The translations under genes and the position numbers were made by a program. The notes under the pieces were generated by a model that was given only the letters and a program-made list of their open reading frames with translations, was not told the DNA's origin and ran no database searches. From Camelus ferus (Eukaryota): a DNA stretch of 64,000 nt. Each line of letters starts with the position of its first letter. Position 1 is the first letter of the stretch. The stretch is from positions 44,640,001-44,704,000 of the forward strand of contig NC_045704.1 of NCBI RefSeq assembly GCF_009834535.1. Direction: 5' to 3'. This document shows positions 50,101-63,306 of the stretch, in pieces.

Positions 50101-52234
50101 ACTCGAAAAGTCAAGTCAGGAATCGCTCAGACTCTGCAGCAGATGCTGGTGGATTCTGCCTAAGTGGGGAATTGGCTGACCATCGCTGGCTGCCACTGTG
50201 GGAGGGTAGGGGTGGCTACCATTCAGCATCAAGCTTGAAGAGAGAGACTGGAACGATAAGGAGAAGCCAGCAGGAGACCATGTGGCTGTACTGGTCTAAG
50301 GTCAGGATGCCCCCATGGGCATGGGGGAGGGCAGCGTCCAGGCAGTGCAGGCCTGTATGCGACCACTTGGATGGTCAGACCTGGGGGAGGGTCAGCCCAG
50401 TACCCCTGCCACCTCCTGCTCCCTGAGGCCTAGGCCTGTCACCCTGCCGGGACCACCTCAGTTCACTGATCGGAGACTGGCACAAACTCCCCAGGCACTT
50501 GATACTCGGGCATTTCTGTGGGGTTGGAGTGGGGAGCTCCAGTTGTGGGGATCCCCCCACCTGGCCAGACAGGAGCCCAGAATTGGGGTCTGAGGGCAAC
50601 TCCCTGACACCCTCCACCTTCCTCTGCCAAAGTGACCAGTACAGGTCAGGATGGAGGCTTGGGCTTGTGGGGCCCAGACCAGCCCTTGTCTTGACTCCCT
50701 GCTTAGTCACCTCTGCAGTCAGGGGTGGAGAGGTGGGGAGTGAGGGGTTGGAGGGGAAGGGGTGGGGGATGGACTGAGGCTGAGCTGATTGCTCATAAGA
50801 ATCGAGGCTGGGCAGGTGGAAGTAATGATGAATGATGATCAAAGAATTTAAGGCCCATACGCAGCAGTGAAGGAAAGTGTAGTCAACGTGCAGAGCATCC
50901 TTATAAAACCAGCTGGGTCACTAAAGCAAGCCCAGGCTTTATCTCGGCTTTTGACTCTGTAAAATGGAGCTCCTGATACCCTCCCTGCTTTGCCCTGGCA
51001 GCACCAGGGGAAGTGGCTGTGATACCCTGGGGATCCCAGGGCCGTGGGACGGCCATGAAGAAGTGCTGAGGGTGGGAGTCGGGGGGTAGGAATGGAAATG
51101 ACAGACACAAGGATTTCAGGAGTCTGTGGTCAGGTTTGTAGTAGCTGGGAGGCCAGCATGCCTTGAGCAGAATTGAGGGCATAGGGGATGTGTGTTTGGT
51201 GACACGATGAGTTTGAAAAGGCGGCCGACGGCTGGAAATGTGGGCCTGGACCAGGGAAGCCACAGAGGCACTAGGCTGGTGAGGGTTGGTTGCATCAGGA
51301 AGTTTGTAAGCAGCCAAGGGGCCCTTGCTGAACAGAGAAACAAGACAAAAATAGTGCTGTGGGGAGGGTGGGCATCTAGATCCAGCAAGGAGAGGAGGTG
51401 GGAGGACACTAGGAAAGTGCATGGCGTGGAGGTTGGTGGGGCAGAGGCTGTCCGTCGCTGGGCAGAGCTGTGCCAGGCGAGACCTGGGAAAGGGATAAGG
51501 TAGGGGAACATGAAGTGCAGATTGTAAGGAAGGAGTGGATGGTGAGGACATGGAAGAAAATTTTACAGACTGTCCAGCTCCCCCCACAGCAACTTGGTAA
51601 GAACCATGAGTGCCCGGTGCCAAGACACACCACCATTCCTGGCTGCCAGACACAAGCCTTGGGAGGAAGCTCACAGCCAGGATGACAGTCTCCAAGTCCC
51701 ACAAGTGATCAAACCACCTAACACTAAACATGCATAAAAGGTCAAGATCAGGAAAGTCATCAGATTTCCAGCCACATTTACCTCCCAAAACATAGCTGTG
51801 AATCCAGAAGTAAACAGAGCATCTCTGAGCAGTCCAAGCAGCTGCCACAGCCCCTCCTATTCTAGGGGACTTTGTAAGGAGAGACCCTGGAGCCCTCACT
51901 CAGAGCCGACTTGCTTTTATTTAACACACAGTTCTCATCAACATTGTAACCTGGTTTCAATTTTTAAAGAATCAAAATCAAGAGAAAAAGCACAAGGTAA
52001 GTGGCTCTGCATATCTTAAATGTGTGAGACCATCGCAGGGAGGGCTTGGCACAGCCAGGTGCTTGGTTCCCTTTGAAGACTGTTGTTCCTACATTTTCTT
52101 AAAGGGAACCCCTGAGTTATGAAGACGTTGTGGAAATAGTAGTCCCTCTCTTTTGTTTAAGAAGGCAGAGCAGTGTATGTTGCATATCAGGAAGTGGTGT
52201 TTTTAAGTTTAGGCTCTTAAGGAGGGGATGGAGT

Positions 52235-52370
52235 CCCATTTATTGAGCACCTACTATGTACTCACTAACTTAACCTCCTAACAATCCTGCAAGTAACTAT
52301 TATCTTTACCGTTTGTAGAAAAGACAACAGACTCGGAGAGCTATGGTAATTTGTCCCAGTCACACTGTGA
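52235..52370 (-). mobile_element. MIR SINE
   Basis: catttattgagcacctactatg...aacaatcctgcaagtaactattatc...atttgtcccagtcacac. Confidence 0.7.
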
Positions 52371-53054
52371 ATGCTTTTTCCACGTCACCCTCTGCTTCCC
52401 TCTGGTTCTCAGCAGGGGCCTGTGTGGAAAGCCTGCTCCCTGACAACAGGTGGATCCACTGGGCCGGAGCCCAGATGATGCCCTGGAGGGCAGTGCTGAT
52501 GCCAGCCCTGCCTCACTGGCTCACTGTGGGGCCCCATGTTCCTGCTTCGGCCTCCACAGCCTTGGCCACTCTGAGGGGTCGGGGTGGAGGTACCAGACTC
52601 ACTCCTGCCTCTGAATCCAGGATGAGCCTCCCCTCTCCTCATGGGGAGACCATGAGGGGTGAAGTCCTTGCAGCTGGAAACAAATAGCTTCGAGAGCCCC
52701 ATCACCAGGGTTAGTTTTGTGAACCCCGTCCTCCAGGAAAAATCATTCCTGAAGAACTTGGATGCTGACAGTCTGTTTTCCATTCCCTAATCATTCAGAA
52801 AAATACATCCATTTCAGTTTATTCAAAACAGTGGAAAATCATTGAGGTTTTTCCTGTGTAAAGGTCAAACTATAAAAAGAAAAGTGGACTCAGAGAAATC
52901 CAGGCTAGTCATGAAACCATGGCAGTGTATTAAAATGGATCCAAAAAGGTTTTAATCCTCCTTTGGAAACAGCTCATAATAATCTGTCTACTCTCCCCTA
53001 TGTGTGTTAAGTTTCTGTTTTTAAGTTCAAGGACACAAAGCAAGTGACTTTGAA

Positions 53055-53190
53055 TGGGTGGAGCACGGGCTGTGCAGACCGAGTCCTGGCTCAGAATCCC
53101 TGACCAGCTGTTACACACCAACTGTGAAGCCTGCAGCAAGAACTCTCAGGCCCTGAGCCTCAGTTCCTTTGCCTGCAAGATGGGGAAGAT
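53055..53190 (+). mobile_element. MIR fragment
   Basis: gggctgtgcagacc...ctgagcctcagttcctttgcctgcaagatgggga. Confidence 0.6.
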
Positions 53191-56100
53191 CCTGGTCTTG
53201 GGTGCTCTCTTAGCCGCCTGGGGTGCTGCCTGACAAGGTGCAGGCCTAGGGGCCTTTGAGAACCTTCCCACTATCCAATCCATGCCGTCCGCCTGAGGGA
53301 TACACAGGTGCGGCCTGGCTTGGCCCATGGGGAAACGGACTCTGAGGACCGTGGCCTGGCCCCGGAGACAGATGCCCTGCTCTGGCCTCCTGCCCTGCCT
53401 CTGGCACCTGGACATCCCCAGACTCTGATGGGGCTCTGGCCCATGGACGTGGGTGACCTGTGGAGGCCTTGCAGCTGAGAGACAAACAAGTATCTGCGAG
53501 ATCCCCAACACGAGGACATTTTAAAGGGCACTCAGTAATTTAACTGTTTTTGTGAAGCTCAGCAAGTGATGGGGGAATGATAGAGTATTTCAAAAACACA
53601 GCCTGGACAGGAAAAATCCTGGCTTTCTTCTTTGTTAAAAACTTGGAGAAAATCTTTAGGAGTCTCTTTGGGAAGATAAGGAACAACTGTGTCACCTCTT
53701 CTTTATCAAATCAAGACTCCAAGTCTGCTCAATTTTGTGCGGCCCTGCGGTGGAGGAGGCCTAGCCCAGTCTCCGCCACACCAGCCCCCTCACTGGTGGA
53801 GAAAGGATGGGGTCCAGAAGATGCAGTCAGGTTTCCTGGTGGCAGTCCCTCCAAGACGTAGGAGGCTCCCACAAATGGGACCTGGCTTCTGTTTCTTGAT
53901 TTGTGTCCAAGTAGGAACAGGAGAAATGGCATGGGTAAAACTCTGTAGGGGAGAGTGCCAGCTCTTGGCTCCAGCCAGCAGGGGCGGAGCGGGAGATGAG
54001 GGAGGCTGGCAGCAGCCAGATCCCACAGACATCGAATTGAGAGAGTGACAGGTTTCATTTGTGTTCTACAAAGGTCACATGGGCTGCAGGGGCGGTGGGG
54101 AGGGCTCAGGGGCGGCAGGGCCCGGTTGCCTTGGTCACCCGGGGACATGGTGGCGGGAGGCACAGGGGATGATACATCTGGAGAGCTCGTGGACTGGGGT
54201 GGTGTGGAGGACAAGGAAGAAGTGAGCCGGGGGGGGGGCCTCGCAGGCCTGTGGCCTGGGCACCTGGGTGGATGTGAGGCTCAATATGAGACGAGACGAG
54301 GGAGGGGTGGTATGGATGTGTCTAGTGTGAGTCAGAGCTGGGCAGGTAGAAACCGAGGTACTTGAGGACATCAGGGTGGACCGGGGTGCTGTGGGACATA
54401 AAAGGACTGTTAGGGAGAGAATCAAGCCAGAGGCAGAAAAGTGGGTGAGACCAGCACACAGGTAGCTGGTAATTGAAGCCAGAGAATGGAGGAGATCCCA
54501 CTGGGAGAGTGTAGGGTGAGGCCCCAAGAGGGCCAGGAAAAGCTCCAAGAATCATGGACATGTGAGCTTAAGGAAAAGGACTCCATAAAGAAGCCTAAGG
54601 GGTGGGCAGAGGGGTGACTGGGAGAGCGCAGAGTCAGGGGTCTGCAGGGGTTAGGGCCCTGAGGAGGGTTGCCTTAGAGACTGGGCTTCTGGCCGGGTTA
54701 ACCTGGGTGACTGGGAGGGATTTGGCCCGATCAGCAATGCTGAGTTCCTGCTGCGATTTTGGCCAGCTCTGCAGGTTTGCAGATGGTCTGTTTTCCTGGA
54801 GAGAAGGTTCAAAGAGGGCTCCTTGGGCGTTTCCAGGAGATCTGTCTGTGGAAACTATCCTACATCTTAAATTTCCTCCCTGACAGGACCTTTTTAATTT
54901 AGGTAAAAGTCTAACCAGGGCTTCTGTGTTTATATTATTTTAATCTTGACTTTAAAAAATATTTATAGCAAATGCTTATTTTAAATATTAATAGGAGGTT
55001 CTGTTTTGTTATCCTTCATGCTCTTCAGATGAAGAGCCTAATTTGAAATTACATATGTAATTTGTAGACTCCACCTCTTCAGCGTTTTTTTCAGGTCACA
55101 AGAGACCTGTCTTAGACCGTTAGGTATTTAATGTGACATGTTCTGCTTTGCAAAGTAAAAGAGAAAGGGTGGTTTTTGGCTCAGATATAGCAGCCTTGCC
55201 CCCAAATGTGTCCAACAGCCTAATTTAGTATTAAAGCTCTGAAGTGATTGATTATCCATTAGGGTGGCTATTTAAAGAGTTCATCGAATCAGATTCAAAC
55301 CAACAACGCCTGCACTGCAGGGGCAGTGAGGCGAGGCCAGGCAGAACCAAATGGAATCTGAATGGAGCCGTGGATTCTGCCTCCCTTGAGGCTTGGAGAG
55401 TGGATCTCCAGTTAAGAAAATTAACAGGTTGCTGTGGTCTGTGTGCCCGCTGATCAGGCAGGTCCCAGCTGCTTCCTGCTGAGCCCGGATCGCAGAGGAC
55501 TCCTCACTGTGAATGAAAACTCATGGGGCACAGCTCGGACTGGACCCTTTCCTCTCTCTTTGCCTCACGTGTCCCTCCCTCGTCTCTCCCTTGTGCTCTG
55601 CAGCCCATTCCCACCCACCCCTCCCTGGGGCCTCAGACCCTGAGCAGTCCCACGCCTAGGCTCCCACCCCATCTTCCCTCCCCAGGTTGTTGCAGCCACC
55701 CAGCAGGGTTTGCCCCCAATCCTTCCTGACCCTCCAATCCAGCTCATCACCGACAAACTGCAAAATCAAGGTCTAAGGCCGCTGTCATCTTCTCCTAACC
55801 CTGGCAGGTGTCCTCTTATTGGCACCACCCAACTTTTCCCCTCACCCTGCCTCCTCCTCGTGTGCTTAGCAGACACTTTACCTTGGCAGGTTCACCAGGA
55901 AGCAATAACACTGCTAAAACTGGGTACTGATGGACTTTTCATTTCTCAAGTTGTGTGTGTAGGTAGGTGTGCCTTAGGTGGGTATTCAGCAGTTTCCAGG
56001 CTGAAGTTAATGCTGCTCACGCTGACCAGAGCAGCCCTTGGGGCTTCAGCACCATCTGTGTGGTGCTTCAGAGCACAGGCGATGCTGTCCTCCAGGGGCA

Positions 56101-57129
56101 TCTTGGCTGGTCCTAGGCCTGCCTTGTCCAAGCCCAGGTGGAAGGCCTGTGTCCTTGGAGGATGCCTTGGTCCCCACAAGAGCTCCGTGGCTGAAGAGTT
56201 CCCTGTGGATTGCTAGGGCACTCAGTCACAAACGCTGTACCCGAGGGCTTTTTGTGGTGGCTGCTGTCATGTCCACCCAGACCCCGCCTTCGGGGTCAGC
56301 GCATCCATCCCCTGGATGCTGGGACTATCTCACAGCAGAGGCCCTCCCTGGAATTGCCCTCAGCGGAGGTGAACTGCCTCCATCGAGGGTAAGCCCTCTC
56401 CCAGAGGTTGGCCTGTGGCCATGACTGGCTGACGAGGAGGAAGCACCAAGGCCAGGCCCTTTGGCCTCCATGTGGGACAACCCTGAGGGGCCATCTCAGC
56501 TCTTGAGCTCCCTGGAGATCTGCTGAAGCCCAGGTGCAACCACAATCTGGGTCAGTTTCTCCTCTGCCCAGTCCTGCCTTCTTTACTTCCTTGCACTCAT
56601 CATCAAGTCTGCACACAGCTGGGGGAGCCCCGCCTAAGACAGCTGCCATGGCTGAGCTCAGAGAGAGGTAGGGCTGACCTGGAGCCCCTCCGCCCTTCCA
56701 AACTCCTGATTCAGAGCCACCCTGGCCATGCTGCGCTGGGGCTGCTGAGATGTCTCAATTGCTCTGTTGTTACATTCAAGCCTCCCTAAGAGGTTGCTTG
56801 GAAGACATTTCTTTTTGGACTTGAACTTAGGAATAATTGTGCTTCTTTGGGCCTTTGGTCTGTGTTTGATTTGTGTTTATACTACCGACACTAACGGTTG
56901 GGGAAAAGATTGGGCTTGCTTTGCTTTGACTGCTAGGAAGCTTGGAGCCCAGTCGATGTGCTGCAAGACATCGTGGTGCCTTCTTAGTTCCCTTAACACA
57001 CCTTCCTCACTATTGTTATTTGTGTTGCTTTGCTGTATCACTCAGCTCCCTCTGAGCTGCCCCCAAGTCTGATTGGCATGAGGAGGGGTATACATGAGTA
57101 AACACCTACATACAGCGTTAGGGGTGGGT

Positions 57130-57310
57130 TTTCAGACAGACCTGGCTGCTGGTTACCAGTGGAGACATTTGCCAAGTCACAACTCCTCTGAACCATAGTT
57201 TCTTCAGCCAGGGAGTGGGCCTGATGCCTGCATCACAGAATTCTTTTGAAGTTAAGTACAGTAAACACATGGTTGATATGTAGCAAGTGCTCAATAAATG
57301 GAAGATGTTA
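57130..57310 (+). mobile_element. MIR SINE
   Basis: cagacagacctgg...gccaagtcacaactcctctgaaccatagtttc...aagtgctcaataaatgg. Confidence 0.65.
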
Positions 57311-59064
57311 ATTTTTTCATGAAATCTTGTTGCTCTCATGAACCTGCCCTACCAGGTGGACTGATCTCCTTCCTTCCCTCCTTTCACATGCCGGCTCTTA
57401 GCCAAGATGCATTTCTGGGTTGTTGGGTTTCACTTTCTCGTGGGCACCCAGGCACCCACAGCTCACAGCTGACTGTGTGGACCAGCAGCAGGGCCAGTGG
57501 AGATGTTCACAGATTGTTAATCCAGGCAGATGGATACACAATGAAAACACTCACAATATAAATGAGCACATACTTGGCTGGAGAAAAACTAAAAATTAAA
57601 CTCTTTATGTAAGCTGAGCCTTCAGAAAATGAAAAAAAGGTTGTAAATGAGAGATTGGTGATGAGTAATTTAACCAAGACGATGTAAATCTAGGCCTTTG
57701 AATACTTTAAATATAACCATCTGATATAAAAAGAATTGCACTAAAATTTTTAAAGCTGAGATCTTTCCTAGGGTGAGAGACTCACTTTCCTGTAGGGATA
57801 AGTTCCCCAAAAGGCAAGTGGAAAAGGCAAAGAATAACATCCGTGCCGGCATCACCCCCCGCCCCGGGCAGCTTAGGAGGATTCTACGCACTGTGCAGTC
57901 TGCACTAGCACCCCGTACGCCACTCGTTATCTTGCAAACCAGTTTGGAACCCTAATTGGAACAGAAAAACCCATTGCAAAAGGGTGGTGGCTGGGAAAAA
58001 TCTATCTTTTATTCATTCCTAAAATCAACAGGTCCCTGGTTCTGGCCTCTTGTAAACGCCACATGGTCCTGAACCTTAGCCTGGAGCTCAGCTAAAGATG
58101 GGTGTGAAACTGGAGTTGCTGGTTCTTCTTGGGGATGAGACGACTGGAGCAGGGAACCATCTGAAGGCAGCTCTAGAACAGGCCTCCTGAGTGCATCCTT
58201 TTTGGGAGGACAGGGATGGTGTGAGGGCAGGATGGAGAGGCAGTGGGTTCAGGGGAGGCCCCGGCTGGTCTGTTTGTAGCAGTGGGCCTCAGGAGGGGCG
58301 AGAGGAGTGAAGAAATGGTGAGAGGCTGGGGTGGAGCAAGGACCTGGCTAGGCATTTATCCTCGCGGTGGAGGGGGTGGGTTGCTGGGCCACAGCCCTGG
58401 GGCTGTCTTGGGAGGGGTGGGTGAGTCAGGGTGGAAGCTGCCCAGGGCTGCTATGGGCACCAGTGAGACAGGGCGAGGCTTGAGCCAGAGTCCCTGCAGG
58501 GCCTACTGAAGTTCTGGGACGTGGACTGAGCACATGAATCAGCCTCAGGGCTTTGGGTCAGGCCTCGGGAACCTTCCTTTCTGGGATCAGCCAGTGAGGA
58601 GGGGCAGTCAATGTCTGGAGAATCAAGGACCTTCTACTGTTGTTCACAGGGAGCCCCTTGTCTACCGCCTGTGGGAACAACGGCCCCCTCAGTGCACAGT
58701 CTGAGGAAGGAGGCAGGGTGGGGCTGCATTTCCAGTCTCTTTCAGCATCTAATGACAGTTCTCCCTAAAAACCTGTTACCTACACATTTCTTTGCACCTC
58801 CAGACTTTGATGAGTGAGAAAACCCACATACTTCACCTCCATCTCAGGAAGTTTCTTCCCTTCCTGTGGAAGACAGAGGGTCAGAGATGACCAGGGACCC
58901 CTCACCCATGCCCAGCGCAGCACGAGGCCTCAGGCTCCAGTTTCCCAGCACTGGCTGGTGCCTTTACCCTGTGTGGTAATGACGATGATGATGAAGCACA
59001 CAGCCTTTTTCCTAAAACAAGGATAATGACAGTGATGATAAAGGCGGATCAGAGAGTCAGGGAC

Positions 59065-59270
59065 AGAATAGGCTTTGGAGCCAGACTGCCTGGGCCCCCA
59101 TCCCGGCTCAACCTCTCTCTGGCTGTGGGAAACTGGAGGTCACTTGACTTCTTTGTGCCAGGCTCCCTCATCTGTAAAATGGGACTCAGAGTAGCTAATT
59201 ATGGGATGTGTTTAGGTGGGCGCCTGGCACGTGGTAGCGTCCTTAGCAGCTATTGCTGTTATTATTACTG
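59065..59270 (+). mobile_element. MIR SINE (+ copy of an inverted pair)
   Basis: ggctttggagccagactgcctggg...ctcatctgtaaaatggga...gcctggcacgtggtag. Confidence 0.8.
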
Positions 59271-59294
59271 TTCTGACTGTCAATGTCATTACCA

Positions 59295-59460
59295 TAGGTT
59301 CAAGGCCTTTTCATGTACTACGTCATTTGAGTCTCACAATCCTATAAGGGAGAAGGTATGATTGTTATTATCCCACTTTACAGATGAGGAAATTGAGGCT
59401 CAGAGAGGTTGAGGGACTTGCCCAAAGATACCCAGCCTGATACGGAAACTGTATGTTCCT
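59295..59460 (-). mobile_element. MIR SINE (- copy of an inverted pair)
   Basis: tcatttgagtctcacaa...cccactttacagatgaggaaattgaggctcagagaggttgagggacttgcccaa. Confidence 0.8.
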
Positions 59461-60373
59461 CCACGTGTCTAACCTTTGCAAGGCTGTACAGCCTGGTTAC
59501 CCAGGATGATAAGAGGAGCTTCACCATTACCCGTCAGGCCTCCCTTTATCCCTGCCCAGGGGGGTGGGAGGCTCTACCACCTCTATGTAATGCATGGAGA
59601 TAATGACCAGGTGAGTTAAGTGGCTTCTAGACAGGCCTGCCTCCCCCAGCAGAGCTGATTTTGAGCCAGCTGATCAGGACTATGCTTCAAAATCACAATT
59701 TAACTGCTCTGCTGCATCCGTTGTTCTGTGCATGGAGGCAGCTGCCCCACAGGCCATCCCGCTCGGCGTTGTGGCAGTGATTAATAAGGATATTCTGCGT
59801 TCACGGGAGGCCTCTCAGGCGAGGCCTCAGAGTACTTTGCAAGCATTATTAAGCTTCATCGTTGTGGCTCAGGTACGTGGGGCCCTAGATCCTCTTTACA
59901 TTCTTTAGCTGATGCAGAAAGAGACCAAATCAGTCCCCCAGCAAGCCATGGCATTCCGCCCAGCCAGGCCCCTGTGGTCATTCCTCATCCTTGGAGTTTG
60001 GACAAAATCATTTGCAGAGAAAAGAATTCCTACTTTTTCTTCAAGACCAACATAATAACCAGCACTCAGAAGCCATTTCCCATTCGAGTTAGGACCAGGC
60101 CAACAGCTCCGGGCTGGGCCCTACATAGTGCCTGCTCACTGGCCCACCTCAGGTAACCGGGAGCTGACGGAGCTCATGACCTGTACCTGCCTGTGTGTCC
60201 GAGCCTGCTGCACCCAGATGTGGGGCTTTGGGGTCAGGCTTGTCCCTGCAACACCATCTGCACAGTGTCCCCCCTCCTCCATCCCTCATCTGCTTAGCAT
60301 CCATTCCCAGTTCTGCCCTCACACATCTGCCACTTGCTGGCTGTGGCTCTGACATCCTGTGGCTCTGACATCT

Positions 60374-60508
60374 CATTCAGCAGATCAGAATTAGGAAGAG
60401 GGAATCTAGAGGTCTCAGTAGCGGTGAGCAGCCCACACCAGGGTAGATGTGGCCAAAAGCAAGAGGGTAAGAGGTTGCAGTGACCAGCCACTCAGGCTGG
60501 GGACATCC
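60374..60508 (+). repeat. 135-bp dispersed direct repeat, copy 1
   Basis: Four mismatches to 62857-62991. Confidence 0.95.
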
Positions 60509-61162
60509 TGGTGGGAGGTGGGAAAAGACCACGTAACTCAGGGTAAAGAACTTGGGCTTCCACCCAAGGATGTGGGGGAACCACAAAAGGGAGGGGCATG
60601 CTCAGATTTGTGCTTTGGGATGACAGTTCAGGGAGATATGTACGTGGGGTGAGGGATGGGGGGAGGCCAGAGGCAGCTGGACCAAGAGGAGGCTGTGGCA
60701 TTGAGCCAAGGGAGCACAGATGGGGCTCCAGTTGGCTGTGGCAGTGGGGTGGAGAGAAGGGGCTTGAGGGGCATTTAGAAAAGAGGTTGACAGGACGTGG
60801 TGACCACCACCACCTGGTGACAGGACGAGGCGGGCATGAGAGAGGAGGAGCCCTAGACGACCCTCCTGGTCATTAGACAGACCCACTCCACTGGGCTTGT
60901 GACCAACCTGGCAAAGTCATTGCAGACCAGCTCCCCCAGCTTCCCCGGAGAAACCACGTCAGGTAGAACAATGAAGCCCAAACCCCTCGCTCTCAACTCC
61001 CGTCTCCCAGGCCCCATCCTTTCTGTTGGCCAGAAATGACACCTGACACTGAGAGCTCAGCTCCATTCCTGGGCTGCCACTGAGTTGCCCCACATGAGCC
61101 TGGGGGAGGCAGTGTTTGTTCCCTACTTGGCTGATGAAACCAAGACTCAGGGGTTAAGCGAC

Positions 61163-61580
61163 TGAGGGAGGTTGAATGGTGGCCCCTGAAAGATGTCCAG
61201 GTCCTAATCCCTGACAGCTGCAGACATGTTACCTCACGTGGCAAAGTGAACTCGTAGATGTGATTAAGGATTTTGAGCTGGGAGAGTAGCCTGGGTTGTC
61301 CAGGTGGGCCCAATATAACGGCAGCGGTCCTTACAAGAGGGAGGTGAGAATGCCAAGGGTGGGGAGAAGGAGATGGTGGTAGAAGCAGAAATGATGTGCC
61401 CTGAAGATGGAGGAAGAAGCCACAAGCCAAGGAACTCAGGCAGCATCTAGAAGGTAGGAAAAGCAAGGAAACGGATTCTCCTCTAGAACTTCTGGGAGGA
61501 ATGCTGTCCTGCTGACACTTTGATTTGAGCCCCGGGAAGTTGATTTCCGGCTTCTGACCGCCAAAACTGTAAGATAATCA
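61163..61580 (+). mobile_element. MaLR LTR, 3'-truncated (MLT1C/D-like)
   Basis: gttgaatggtggcccc...gtccaggtcctaatccc, gccacaagccaaggaa, gattctcctctaga, ctgacactttgattt. Confidence 0.8.
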
Positions 61581-62339
61581 TTCCTCAGCATCATCCAGCT
61601 GCAACAGAAGCCTTCAGTAGGAGGGATAATCTATTCTAGGCATTAGAAGAGGTTTATTTGGAGTCTGTGCAGGCCCTCACAAAGTCAGAATTGGCCTCTT
61701 GCCTAGAGCTGGGGACCCATAAAGGCTGGGCCTGGCCCTCATCTGAGCTTTGACCTGGGTCGGGTGCTTGGGCGAGACAGGAATGAGCCCCTTGCAGAGA
61801 GGCTGGGAGAGTGTGGGAGGCAGAGGACAGGAAAGTCAGAGGAGGAAAACAAAGAGTTCTGTTGTCACAGAAGTATGAGCCCCGCCGCTTGAGGTGCCCA
61901 GGGAGGGGAGAACTGATGGGGAGGAATCCCGCCCCTCGTGAGGGTTTCATTGCCGGTGGATGATGTTGAGGATTTGGGGAGAAACGGGAGGGAACCTTCT
62001 CCTTAGGGACAGATCTGAGATGACTGCAATTGGCTTCTCCTCAGTTTCACCTCCAGGGAACAGAGGGTCAATCTCTGCCTCCTGTGTGAGTCTGCCACAG
62101 ATAGGGAGGTGGAGCAGGGAGCCCTGGGCTGGGCTGTGCAGCGCCGTTTCCTCATTAAGATAAGGGGGTTAAAGTTAGGATTTCTGCGGCCCCTCTCAGC
62201 TTCAAATGTCGGATTCTCCTTTAAAAGGAGCAATTTTTTTAAACATACGCGTATACCATCCCACCCTGGTTTACACGACTTCAGTTATGATGGTTCATGT
62301 TCACACCATCTGCAATGGGGGCTTTGCAGACATTTTCAG

Positions 62340-62480
62340 AGTTGTTAGCTCACTGTCTTCACGGCCTCTGAGGCAGGTACTGATATAGTCCCATTTTGCA
62401 GTTGAGGAAACTGAGGCTCAGAGAGGTGATGGGATTGGTTCAAGTTAGTTGTCAGAACCAGAATTTTGACCTAGCTTTTC
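62340..62480 (-). mobile_element. MIR SINE
   Basis: cccattttgcagttgaggaaactgaggctcagagaggtga. Confidence 0.75.
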
Positions 62481-62856
62481 TGGCCTCTTCCTACCTCCTT
62501 TATGCCACAGAAGGGAGCTCAACGATCATGCTGTTCACCCATGTTCTGTGTCTGTGACCGTGTTCTGTGAGGCTGAATACTTTTTCTGGGATACCACAGG
62601 GAGTTACCAGCAAACTAAGTTGGGCCTTTCTACCTAGGGATCTTATCCCTGCACCCTGGACCCCTGCTTCAGACCTGGGCAAGGGGCCTTGGCCCACTCC
62701 ACTGTTTACCCACTGACAAGGATTTCTTAAACTTGGTGCCTTTGCAGGCTCTGTGGGGAGCTCTGAGCATGGACGAACACATGGACACTTGTCACACAAG
62801 TCATAGAAGCTGGTGTGGGTGGCTCTGGAGCTCTGTAGTGCCCGAGGGGGCACTCA

Positions 62857-62991
62857 CATTCAGCAGATCAGAATTAGGAAGAGGGAATCTAGAGGTCTCA
62901 GTAGCAGTGAGCAGCCCACACCAGGGTGGATGTGGCCAAAAGCAAGAGGGTAAGAGGTTGCGGTGACCAGACACTCAGGCTGGGGACATCC
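62857..62991 (+). repeat. 135-bp dispersed direct repeat, copy 2
   Basis: Four mismatches to 60374-60508. Confidence 0.95.
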
Positions 62992-63269
62992 CCTGCTCAG
63001 CCAGGCCCTCCCTGCATGAAGCCAGATAGTCTGGTTCCCCCTTCTTTTGGTGTAGCTGTCCTCACTAGCCCTTCCTCCGCTGCATCATAGGAAGCACCTG
63101 CGGAGTGCTGGCTGCATCCTTCAGGGTTTCGGTGTGGGTTAGGGGTTGGGGGCTGCCGGACCAGCATGTGTAGAATCATGGCAGATTGGTGCCCAGGGGC
63201 GGGGAGTGGTCACAGCCCTTCCTGTCCTGGCCATTAGGACAACTGCCTCTTGTGATTCCTCTTTTTGGC

Positions 63270-63306
63270 CAGTGTCTTTATACCACTGCAGTGTCTTTAT
63301 ACCACT
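63270..63306. repeat. 19-bp tandem duplication
   Basis: cagtgtctttataccact(g) twice. Confidence 0.9.

Noticed and set aside
50901-51899. 332-aa ORF on the - strand, the longest non-SMPD3 ORF
   Set aside because: GTG start, Pro/Ser/Leu-rich composition with no recognisable domain, and it overlies L2/MIR-like remnants. A chance intronic open frame.
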